Part shown: positions 9,492 through 18,361 of the stretch, piece by piece | How the letters are laid out: each line of letters begins with the position of its first letter | Position numbering within the stretch: position 1 is the first letter of the stretch | The notes under the pieces: generated by a model | The model's input: the letters and a program-made list of their open reading frames with translations, nothing else | Database searches by the model: none | Told to the model about the DNA's origin: nothing | From: Patescibacteria group bacterium | Lineage (GTDB): Bacteria > Patescibacteriota > Patescibacteriia > CAIXNZ01 | Assembly (NCBI GenBank): GCA_041651155.1 | Contig: JBAZJU010000005.1 | Location: forward strand, 2,653 to 66,652 | DNA: 64,000 nt | Direction: 5' to 3' | Translations under genes and position numbers: made by a program

Positions 9492-10133
9492 TTAGGCGGC
9501 TAGGAGCTTTATGGCTCTTTGTCGTTTTTCATTATCCAGATCATATTTGTCGTCATTGACAATGGCTAGGAGTTCTTTGGGATTGCTTTTTGCAAGGCTG
9601 AAAATGCAGGAATCGATCTGTCTGATCATATCATAATATTCATAGCCACTATATCTTCCTTTATAACATGCTTCAACGAGTTTTTTCAGAAAAATGAGTT
9701 CTTTGATGGTGTTGGCTTTTTTTAGCCATTTTTCAAAGTTGCTATTTAGCTCATTTGTTACAGAAGACCTATCGTAGCCACCTTGCTTTTGCGATAATTT
9801 TTGGAGCTGTACCAATTCTTGGGGCGATTCCAGCAAATGGCAAGCACGTATAAAAAGTATTTCCCACGGCCAATCGCGGGTTCTCCTTTTTTTCATCGCT
9901 ATTATTAGTGCGGCGAAGTTGAAGACATTATTAAAGATATAGTCATGCAAAAACGACTCCAGCTTTTTAGAGATTTCATAAAAACCTTTTTTTTCGGCCA
10001 GGAAATAAACTTCTATTTTCTCGCTGAGTGAAAGGTTTTTAAAAAAAGGATTGGTTTTGCCTTTCTGAAAGGCAACCAGGCCTGCCAAGATTTTGCCTTT
10101 TTGTTTTTCAAGTTTTTTTAAATCAATTGCCAT
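9492..10133 (-). CDS. Hypothetical helical protein
   Basis: 213-aa ORF, AGGAGG RBS. Confidence 0.7.
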   Translation of the reverse strand: MAIDLKKLEKQKGKILAGLVAFQKGKTNPFFKNLSLSEKIEVYFLAEKKGFYEISKKLESFLHDYIFNNVFNFAALIIAMKKRRTRDWPWEILFIRACHLLESPQELVQLQKLSQKQGGYDRSSVTNELNSNFEKWLKKANTIKELIFLKKLVEACYKGRYSGYEYYDMIRQIDSCIFSLAKSNPKELLAIVNDDKYDLDNEKRQRAIKLLAA

Positions 10134-10338
10134 GATTTACCTCCTGAATTGATTTTTTATTACCTTATCATTTTGGCTGACTTTGTCAAGAAGATAATGG
10201 TTTTTAGTGCAGTTGAAAAATTTTTATATAGGTAACAACAATTGACAAAATAATTTTGATTTGTTAATAATTAATTATTAAATCCTGATAATTAGTCAGT
10301 GAAAATGCCGGTAAGCTAAAAATACAAAAGGAGGATGT

Positions 10339-11016
10339 ATGCCAAAAAACGAAATTGACGGCTACCCTGACGGCTTTCGTATACGTTCAAGGCAAGAGCA
10401 GGTTGAAACTCTGCTTAGTCATTTTTCAAACCTTGACCCAAACCATATTGAAGAACTGGCCAAAGGCAATTTGCCTGAAAGTGCTGAAGGCTGGGCAGTG
10501 ATACCTAGTCCAGGAAAAATTGCCCCGACATACTTTGAGGCGCTGAAAAAGATACTTGAGCATATTCCGGAAATTAGCGGTTATTGGAATTGGCGCGAAG
10601 AATTAGTCAAAAATCAACAGCATTTGGAACTAGTTTGGAAGACCAAGAAAACACATGATTTTCTGATGGCTAAACAGCCTGGGGATTTTTGGGTCTTCCC
10701 ATTCCAGTTCGGCAAAAATTGGCCTTGGGTGCTCACGCCATTCTGTGAGGTTAAACGTACCATGCGTTTTGCAGATAATGAATTTGGTTTCGGACCGTAC
10801 GAATTGGCAATTTTGATGCTGACTCACCCCGACAGAATAACTGGTCCATATCAGCAGTATGTTTACAGCGCCGGTTGTGAACATAAAAATAAGGCTGGTT
10901 TTAATTTCAGTTTTGGCTTTAGCTGGAGTTATGGCTACGAAAAACAGACCCTGCAATATGGTATGAGCAACCGGGTTGAGGAGTGGGGAGATGTCACTGG
11001 CTTTCTCTCCCCGTGA
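10339..11016 (+). CDS. Hypothetical protein resembling CPR DGR-target-like (CLec-type C-terminus) proteins
   Basis: LPESAEGWAVIP, NEFGFG...MLTHPDR, C-terminal G..TGFLSP; AGGAGG RBS. Family assignment is from memory. Confidence 0.6.
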   Translation: MPKNEIDGYPDGFRIRSRQEQVETLLSHFSNLDPNHIEELAKGNLPESAEGWAVIPSPGKIAPTYFEALKKILEHIPEISGYWNWREELVKNQQHLELVWKTKKTHDFLMAKQPGDFWVFPFQFGKNWPWVLTPFCEVKRTMRFADNEFGFGPYELAILMLTHPDRITGPYQQYVYSAGCEHKNKAGFNFSFGFSWSYGYEKQTLQYGMSNRVEEWGDVTGFLSP

Positions 11017-11116
11017 ATTTTGGCCTTGGCTTGCCTCGGCAAAGCGGGCCAACCGAAGTTGGCTTTGAATCCTAAATAATTAGCGATTCTATTGTTGGCT
11101 ACGGTCAACGATGGAT

Positions 11117-11149
11117 GGGGCTTGAGATACTAAATCTTGAGCCCCTTTT
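11117..11149 (+). terminator. Intrinsic terminator
   Basis: ggggcttgaga...tcttgagcccc-tttt. Confidence 0.55.
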
Positions 11150-11323
11150 AAATTTGACCACGCCCTTCGCGAAGAGCGTGGTTGAAAAATTTTTAGTTTT
11201 AGCGTAAAATTTGGTTATGGTCAAATGGCCAATAAGCCATTAGGCATTAGCTATATGAAATAAATTTTCCAAGAACTTATGCCCAATAGCTTTATGGCTA
11301 TATGGCTTTAATTTTATAAAACA

Positions 11324-13807
11324 ATGCAACAATACAACCCCCAACAAATAGAGCCCAAATGGCAAAAATACTGGGAAGATAAAGAGTTAAATAAGGCCGA
11401 GGATTTTTCTAAAAAGCCCAAGTTTTATTGTTTGATTGAATTTCCTTATCCGTCTGGCGAGGGCTTGCATGTTGGCCATCCGCGTTCATACACGGCTTTG
11501 GATATTCTGGCGCGTAAAAAAAGAATGCAGGGCTTTAATGTGATGTATCCGATTGGCTGGGATGCTTTTGGTTTGCCAGCTGAAAATTATGCGATTAAAA
11601 CCGGTACGCACCCAAAAATAACCACTGAAAAAAATATTTTTAATTTTAGACGCCAGATGAAGATGCTCGGCTTGTCTTATGACTGGTCTCGGGAAATTAA
11701 TACGACTGATCCCAAATATTATAAATGGACCCAATGGATTTTTTTACAACTTTTCCATAAAAATCTGGCTTACAAAACCAAAATGGATATTAACTGGTGC
11801 ACCAAATGCAATGTTGGTTTGGCAAATGAAGAAGTGGTTAATAATCTTTGTGAGCGTTGTGGTGGCGAAGTCTATCGTAGAGAAAGAGAACAGTGGATGC
11901 TGAAAATTACTGATTATGCTGATCGGCTTTTGGCCGATTTGGATACTGTTGATTATTTGGAAAAAATAAAAAAACAGCAAAGCGATTGGATTGGCAAAAG
12001 TTATGGGGCGCAGATTGTTTTCAAAGTTAAAAGCAAAACAATGTTGCCTAAGGAACATTTATATGATTTGCCGGTTTATACTACCAGGCCAGATACTCTT
12101 TTTGGCTGTACTTATATGGTCGTAGCTCCAGAACATGAATTAATTGATAAGTATAAAGACCAGATTGATAATATTAATGATGTGCTTGATTATCGCGATC
12201 AGGCCAAACATAAAACAGAATTGGAAAGAACTAATTTGGAAAAAGCTAAATCTGGCATTGAACTGCATGGTTTGAAAGCAATTAACCCAGTTAATGATGA
12301 AGAAATTCCGATTTTTGCTGCTGACTATGTTTTGGCAACTTATGGTACTGGTGCGATCATGGCTGTGCCAGCACATGATGAAAGAGATTATGAATTTGCC
12401 AAAAAATTTGATTTGCCAATTAAAGAAGTTGTTTTGGGTGGCAATATTAAAAAAGAAGCCTGGTCTGGCGAAGGTGCTTTGGTTAATTCTGATTTTCTCA
12501 ATGGTTTAAATGTTGAAGAAGCGATTTTTAAAATAATTGAATGGTTAGAAAAAAAAGGTTTTGGTTTTCAGACTGTAAATTATCATTTGCGCGACTGGGT
12601 TTTTTCCCGCCAGCGCTATTGGGGTGAACCGATTCCTATTATAATTTGTCCAAAATGTGGTTATGTGCCGGTTGCGGAAAAAGATTTACCAATTGTTTTG
12701 CCAGAAGTTGAAAATTACCAGACAACTGAAAATGGGGATTCGCCTTTATCCATGATTGAGGACTGGGTTAATGTTGAATGCCCGAAATGCGGGGGCGAAG
12801 CAAAAAGAGAAACCGATACTATGCCAAATTGGGCTGGCTCGTCTTGGTATTTTTTAAGATACTGCGATCCGCATAATGACAAAGCCCTGGCTGATAAAAA
12901 GAAATTAAAATATTGGATGCCGGTTGATTGGTATAATGGCGGTATGGAACACACGACTTTGCATCTTTTGTATTCTCGCTTTTGGCATAAATTTTTATTT
13001 GATATCGGCGTAGTGCCAACCCCAGAACCATATGCCAAGCGTACTTCTCATGGCATGATTTTGGCTGAAAATAATGAAAAAATGTCCAAGTCCCGCGGCA
13101 ATGTTATTAATCCTGATGATGTGGTCAAAGAATATGGCGCTGATACTTTTAGAGTTTATGAAATGTTCATGGGACCGTTTGATCAGCCAACTCCGTGGAG
13201 CACGCAGGGAGTCGTGGGCATAAAAAGGTTTTTAGAAAGAGTCTGGGCAATTGGCAATGATTTGGATAATACAAAAAGAGCCTCCTTCGCTTCCACCTAC
13301 GCTAAAGCTTCGGTGGATAAAAAAGCTTCGGAGGATGAAGGGAGTGACGATGATTTGTTGCGCTTGACTCATAAGACAATTAAACAAGTGACTGAGCAGA
13401 TTGAAACTCTGGATTTAAATACCTGCATTTCCGCCTTGATGATTTTGATTAATAAATTTCAAGCCGAAGGTTGCAATCAGGAAATATTTGAAATGTGTTT
13501 AAAGATTTTATCGCCCTTTGCCCCTCATCTTGGCGAAGAACTGTGGCAAAATTTGGGACATAAGAAGTCAATATTTTTGGAGAAGTGGCCAGAATATGAT
13601 TCTGAATTAATCAAGGATGAAGTAAAAGAAGTGCCAGTGCAGATCAATGGTAAAATGCGTTGTAAAATTTTGGTCACAGATGATATGCCGGAAAAAGAAG
13701 TGAAAAATTTGGCGCTAGATGATGAGCATGTTAAAAAATGGCTGGAGGGGAATGAAGTGAAGAAAGTTATTTATGTGCCGGGGAAGGTAATTAATATTGT
13801 GATATAA
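11324..13807 (+). CDS. leuS: Leucine--tRNA ligase
   Basis: FPYPSGEGLHVGH (HIGH), YTTRPDT and GTGAIMAVPAHD editing domain, KMSKS. Confidence 0.98.
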   Translation: MQQYNPQQIEPKWQKYWEDKELNKAEDFSKKPKFYCLIEFPYPSGEGLHVGHPRSYTALDILARKKRMQGFNVMYPIGWDAFGLPAENYAIKTGTHPKITTEKNIFNFRRQMKMLGLSYDWSREINTTDPKYYKWTQWIFLQLFHKNLAYKTKMDINWCTKCNVGLANEEVVNNLCERCGGEVYRREREQWMLKITDYADRLLADLDTVDYLEKIKKQQSDWIGKSYGAQIVFKVKSKTMLPKEHLYDLPVYTTRPDTLFGCTYMVVAPEHELIDKYKDQIDNINDVLDYRDQAKHKTELERTNLEKAKSGIELHGLKAINPVNDEEIPIFAADYVLATYGTGAIMAVPAHDERDYEFAKKFDLPIKEVVLGGNIKKEAWSGEGALVNSDFLNGLNVEEAIFKIIEWLEKKGFGFQTVNYHLRDWVFSRQRYWGEPIPIIICPKCGYVPVAEKDLPIVLPEVENYQTTENGDSPLSMIEDWVNVECPKCGGEAKRETDTMPNWAGSSWYFLRYCDPHNDKALADKKKLKYWMPVDWYNGGMEHTTLHLLYSRFWHKFLFDIGVVPTPEPYAKRTSHGMILAENNEKMSKSRGNVINPDDVVKEYGADTFRVYEMFMGPFDQPTPWSTQGVVGIKRFLERVWAIGNDLDNTKRASFASTYAKASVDKKASEDEGSDDDLLRLTHKTIKQVTEQIETLDLNTCISALMILINKFQAEGCNQEIFEMCLKILSPFAPHLGEELWQNLGHKKSIFLEKWPEYDSELIKDEVKEVPVQINGKMRCKILVTDDMPEKEVKNLALDDEHVKKWLEGNEVKKVIYVPGKVINIVI
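13281..13334. repeat. Nested palindromic element in-frame within leuS
   Basis: cctccttcgct[tccacctacgctaaagcttcggtgga]taaaaaagcttcggagg. Confidence 0.7.
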
Positions 13808-13846
13808 TTCCGAATGCCGAATTACGAATTCTGAAACTTAAAACAT

Positions 13847-14611
13847 ATGAATACAGCCCTAGTTATTCTCCCAACTTATAATGAAAAGGAAAATATTGAG
13901 AAATTGATTGGGGAAATTTTAGCGCAAAATTTAAATTTAGATATTTTAGTAGTTGATGATAATTCACCTGATGGCACTGGCCAAATAATTGAGGACTTGA
14001 GAAAAAACGGGCCTGGCCTCGGCTTGGCTGGGTCTTCTTTATTGAGAGACTGCTTTAAGCCTGGCCAAGACGGGCCTCAACTTTTTATTTTACATCGGGA
14101 GAAAAAAGAAGGATTGGGGCGGGCCTATATTGCTGGTTTTAAATGGGCCTTAGCTAATAATTATGAATATATTTTTGAAATGGATGCTGATTTTTCCCAC
14201 CAGCCCGGATATTTAAAAGATTTTTTAAAAGCGATTAAAGATTGTGATTTGGTTATTGGTTCCAGATATATTAAAGAAGGAGGAACTGTTGGTTGGAGTA
14301 AAATCCGCGAATTGATTAGTCGCCTTGGTTGTTTGTACGCGCAAATAATTTTGGGTTTGAAAATAAAAGACTTAACCGGAGGATTCAAATGCTATCGTAA
14401 ACCCGTTTTAGAAAAAATTGACCTGGATAAGATTCGGTCAAATGGCTATATGTTTCAAATTGAGATGACTTATAGCGCCTTTAAAAATGGTTTTAAAATT
14501 AAAGAAATTCCCATTATTTTTTTAGAGCGCAAACTCGGCAAAACAAAATTTAATAAAAAAATTATTTGGGAGGCAATGATAAATTGCTGGAAATTGCGAT
14601 TTGACTTATAA
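13847..14611 (+). CDS. GT2 polyprenol-phosphate mannosyltransferase (DPM1-like)
   Basis: LPTYNEKEN, VDDNSPDGT, EMDADFSH, DLTGGFKCY. Confidence 0.92.
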   Translation: MNTALVILPTYNEKENIEKLIGEILAQNLNLDILVVDDNSPDGTGQIIEDLRKNGPGLGLAGSSLLRDCFKPGQDGPQLFILHREKKEGLGRAYIAGFKWALANNYEYIFEMDADFSHQPGYLKDFLKAIKDCDLVIGSRYIKEGGTVGWSKIRELISRLGCLYAQIILGLKIKDLTGGFKCYRKPVLEKIDLDKIRSNGYMFQIEMTYSAFKNGFKIKEIPIIFLERKLGKTKFNKKIIWEAMINCWKLRFDL

Positions 14612-14792
14612 TAAAAGCAGATCTTGGTTTGCAATTTTTCAAAAAATTTGCTATAATTAAGGTATAAAAAATATTTAAAGGTAAAGCCATGCTAAATCTG
14701 AGCTGGAGTTCAAAAAACGCCAGAAATCTTAATAATATATATTAAAGAGGAAATTTTATTTTGCCTCTTTTTAATTTATTTAATTTTTTTCT

Positions 14793-17700
14793 ATGAATTT
14801 AAAGTCAAAGAAGAAGGAACCATGGTTGAGCCAAGGACATTTAAAATTTATTGCAATTTATGCCGCCTTGGCCATTGTATTAGTAATTAATCAGGTAGTT
14901 TTTTCTTATATTTTGAAAGACAGGGAAAATGCCAATGCTTTTTCCAATACTGATATTGGAGATGTTTTCTCTGTTCTTGGAAACCGTGACGTACCGGCTG
15001 GGACAAACAATGTTTTGGTCGGCCAATTTATTCCGCCTGATCCCTGGGTACTAGGCAATCCCGGACAGACATGCAATTTTAGACTTGATGATCCTGGTAA
15101 TAATTGCCTTCAATTGGTTGACGCTGATGGCACTGCCACAGAAGGAGCAGGTGCAGCGAGCGATGGTTCCAAATTAATGTTTTTTGATTGGGTTTTGCCC
15201 AGCCAGCCGTTTACAGTTGGGAATTTTTTATTTCATGTCGGTGATAATATTTGCACTGACAGTTATGCTGCGCCGACTTGCGTTTATATTGACAGTGACG
15301 GTGATTGCAATTCTTTTACCGGCACGCAATCAAATATTTTAAGTCCGGGCGGAGCTTGCGCTACTATAGCTGACAATCTTGTGGCTGGCGCTACTACACC
15401 GCTGTGGACACATACAGAGCTTATAAATAATAATAATGCTTACGACTATAGCGCTACGCTCGGCCAATCAGAGGCGATTTGGATTAGAAATTTAGATCCA
15501 GACGATGATATTGTGCAAGGCAGTAGCTGGGATTTGGCATTTGCAAATCAATGGCAAGGGGATGCGCCAGGCGCCTGGACTGCCCAAGATACTTTTTATG
15601 ATGCCAATACAGACGGCATTTTTAATGGCGCTCTTACTGAGCCTGTATTTATTGATAAAGATAATGATGGCGAATATACTGATGTGGCTAATACGGTTTA
15701 TGAGGCAGATGGGACCGCTACTTTAGGCGCTGGTACAAATGATGATGTCATCCCAGATGGTACGGTTTTATCACCGCTTTTGCCGGCTGACAATGTTTGC
15801 ATAAGTACGCTTGGCCTGGGCGGGATTGGCAATATAATTATTTATGTTGATGGCAACGGCGACTGCATTCCGGGTAATGGTGGAACCGATGTTTTAGTCA
15901 GAGATGACACAGGGACATTACCACTGACAGTTTCGCCAATACCTGCTCCTGGTTTTGGCACATTCCCTTATGCTTTTATCAGCGCTGCCCAAATTCTCTA
16001 TTATTATGATGCTGATTCCAGCGTGACATGGAGTTATGTCAATAGCGCAGCGACTACAGAAACTTTATGGGCCAGATTGCAAGGCCTTGACCAATGGCAT
16101 ATTAATAAGGAAGGAGCTACCGGCGTAATAGAAGCTGATGGTACGGCTACGATTGGTGCTGGCGTTGATGATGATGCGCTTACAAATGGCGCTGCTTTAA
16201 CATATTTACAGCCAGCTGATAATATGTGTGTTTCCAGAAATGCGATAACAACAGCAATTGAAGATATATATATTGATACAAGCGGCGATTGCATCCCTGG
16301 CAATGGCGGACTTGATACTATTTTGCAGGATACTACCGCTGATGGGTTAAACCCTGCGACTAGCGGTGGCTTTTGGGCCTCAGGCGCAGGCACTTTTGCT
16401 TATTTTGATGGCGCAGTCGCGGCTAATGGGGTCTGGGATTGGGGCGCGAGCGCTGCTTTGACAGAATCAATTTGGATTGAAATATATGGCAATGAAGCTG
16501 CTTCTTCGGCTGATACGAATATTTATAGTTATGGTACGGCAATCGCTGGAGATCCATTAACCCAATTAAGCGCAGCAGTCGGCCCTACAAGCGGTGAGCC
16601 TTTAATTTATGCTGATGCAGATGGTTTGGCAACACTTAATTCTACAGACACTATTTTAGAAGACAATGGCAATGTCCAGACAGGGATAGCGGGCGTGCCA
16701 AACGGAGTTATTGACAGAGAGATAGATACTCTGGCTTATTTTAGTTTTCTAAACGCAGGCACTGCCGTGCCAGGCGCTGAAATAACAAATTTAGCTTTAT
16801 ACGCGGCAGGCGCTGATGATATTTGTGATAATCCGGCGGGTTCGGTTGACGATGTCTTTGTTAATAATTTCACCTGGACAGGCACTGAATGGTCTTTACC
16901 GATGATAGGTGAGTTTTCTTCTTTGACAACAGGCAGGTTATGCGTGTCCATGAATGTCAGTCCTGCTACTCCTCCGGGTCGTACATTTATTTTAGCAGTT
17001 CCGCAATTGGTGGATAATAATTTAAACGGACTTTTTGAGACTGGTGATAATGGCTGGTTTTTCTATTCGTCTAATGATGGCGCTATAGGCGGGAATGCTG
17101 TACTCCCAGATACATATACAATTACTGTCGCGCCTAGCTACGGAGGCCGAACTCAAGACACTACCCCGCCCGGGATTTTAACAAATGTTAATCTTAAGGC
17201 AGATTCAAGCGGTACTATTACTTTGACCTGGCAAGATCCGACTGATGCTGATCTGAATAATATAGTGATAGATATAACAACAGCAGGACAAACAGCAACT
17301 CAAACTGTAAATAAGGGAGTGCAAACTTTGATAGTGAGTGGTGGGAAAGCAGGACAAGAATACTCTTTTAGTTTTAGGTCTGAGGATACCAGCGGTAATT
17401 TAAGTCCAAAACAAGTATATTCTATTGTTATTCCTGCAACTGGCGACACAGTCATTACTCAACCGGCAGCCGGTGAAGTTTTACCAACCCCAATCCCGCC
17501 GCAAGTTATCTTGCCAACAAATATTAAAATTGGAGATCTTTTAAAAGATGCGGCGACAAAAACTGTTTATGTTGTGGGTAATGATGGTAAAAGGCATGTT
17601 TTTCCAAATGGGGCAACATTTTTTACCTGGTTTAATGATTTTTCCTTAGTTAAAACAGTAGGCGATGATATTTTAAGCCAATTGCCTTTTGGCGCAAATG

Positions 17701-18116
17701 TTACTGTCCGTCCAGGCACAAAACTAGTCAAAATTCAGACAGATCCAAATGTTTATGCAGTTGAACCGGGCGGAATTATCAGAGCAATAAAATCAGAGGC
17801 AATTGCCGCAGAGTTATATGGGACAGATTGGGCAGCAAAAATTATAGATGTGCCAGATGTTTTCTTTGTTAATTATGTTAAAGGTCCTGATATCGCAGAA
17901 GCAAGCTATCCCGCCGGTTCATTAATCCAGTATCTTGGTTCAAGTGAAATTTATTATATAGATAATATGCTTAAGAGATTAGTGTCTGCCGAAGTTTTTA
18001 CTAACAATCTATATAATGCGGGCTTCGTGATTAAAAATGTAGCAATTACGAAAGTTTATTCTTTAGCGGAAAATCAGGCCAAATTATCAATCGCTGACAT
18101 GATGATGTTTAAATAA
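14793..18116 (+). CDS. Large membrane-anchored/secreted surface protein with Cys/Asp-rich repeats, FN3-like domain and repeated C-terminal domain
   Basis: N-terminal TM; 3x ADGTAT.GAG; 3x N.C...Y.D..GDC; DTTPP...ITLTWQDP FN3-like; C-terminal VY..GKRH.FPN-type repeats. Confidence 0.85.
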   Translation: MNLKSKKKEPWLSQGHLKFIAIYAALAIVLVINQVVFSYILKDRENANAFSNTDIGDVFSVLGNRDVPAGTNNVLVGQFIPPDPWVLGNPGQTCNFRLDDPGNNCLQLVDADGTATEGAGAASDGSKLMFFDWVLPSQPFTVGNFLFHVGDNICTDSYAAPTCVYIDSDGDCNSFTGTQSNILSPGGACATIADNLVAGATTPLWTHTELINNNNAYDYSATLGQSEAIWIRNLDPDDDIVQGSSWDLAFANQWQGDAPGAWTAQDTFYDANTDGIFNGALTEPVFIDKDNDGEYTDVANTVYEADGTATLGAGTNDDVIPDGTVLSPLLPADNVCISTLGLGGIGNIIIYVDGNGDCIPGNGGTDVLVRDDTGTLPLTVSPIPAPGFGTFPYAFISAAQILYYYDADSSVTWSYVNSAATTETLWARLQGLDQWHINKEGATGVIEADGTATIGAGVDDDALTNGAALTYLQPADNMCVSRNAITTAIEDIYIDTSGDCIPGNGGLDTILQDTTADGLNPATSGGFWASGAGTFAYFDGAVAANGVWDWGASAALTESIWIEIYGNEAASSADTNIYSYGTAIAGDPLTQLSAAVGPTSGEPLIYADADGLATLNSTDTILEDNGNVQTGIAGVPNGVIDREIDTLAYFSFLNAGTAVPGAEITNLALYAAGADDICDNPAGSVDDVFVNNFTWTGTEWSLPMIGEFSSLTTGRLCVSMNVSPATPPGRTFILAVPQLVDNNLNGLFETGDNGWFFYSSNDGAIGGNAVLPDTYTITVAPSYGGRTQDTTPPGILTNVNLKADSSGTITLTWQDPTDADLNNIVIDITTAGQTATQTVNKGVQTLIVSGGKAGQEYSFSFRSEDTSGNLSPKQVYSIVIPATGDTVITQPAAGEVLPTPIPPQVILPTNIKIGDLLKDAATKTVYVVGNDGKRHVFPNGATFFTWFNDFSLVKTVGDDILSQLPFGANVTVRPGTKLVKIQTDPNVYAVEPGGIIRAIKSEAIAAELYGTDWAAKIIDVPDVFFVNYVKGPDIAEASYPAGSLIQYLGSSEIYYIDNMLKRLVSAEVFTNNLYNAGFVIKNVAITKVYSLAENQAKLSIADMMMFK

Positions 18117-18126
18117 AAATTCAGAT

Positions 18127-18163
18127 AAAAAAAACCCTGCGCCATACGGCGCAGGGTTTTTTT
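18127..18163. terminator. Bidirectional intrinsic terminator
   Basis: aaaaaaaaccctgcgcc-atac-ggcgcagggttttttt. Confidence 0.8.
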
Positions 18164-18190
18164 GCTATAATAAATATAAATGACAAAAGA

Positions 18191-18317
18191 CCTGCCTTCG
18201 CAAATGCTTCGGCCTTCGTCGACCATAGTCGGCTACGGCCGACTGCGGTCGGCAGGCAGGCAAAATGCAAAAAACAAATCTTCGTCCCGCCCAGCGGGAC
18301 TACGGTTTGCGAAGGCA
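18191..18317. repeat. Cluster of nested GC-rich palindromic elements
   Basis: cctgcc...ggcagg enclosing gtcggc-tacg-gccgac; gtcccgc-cca-gcgggac. Confidence 0.65.
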
Positions 18318-18361
18318 AAAAATTCAAATTATGAAATTCAATACTTAAAATTGGCAATAAC

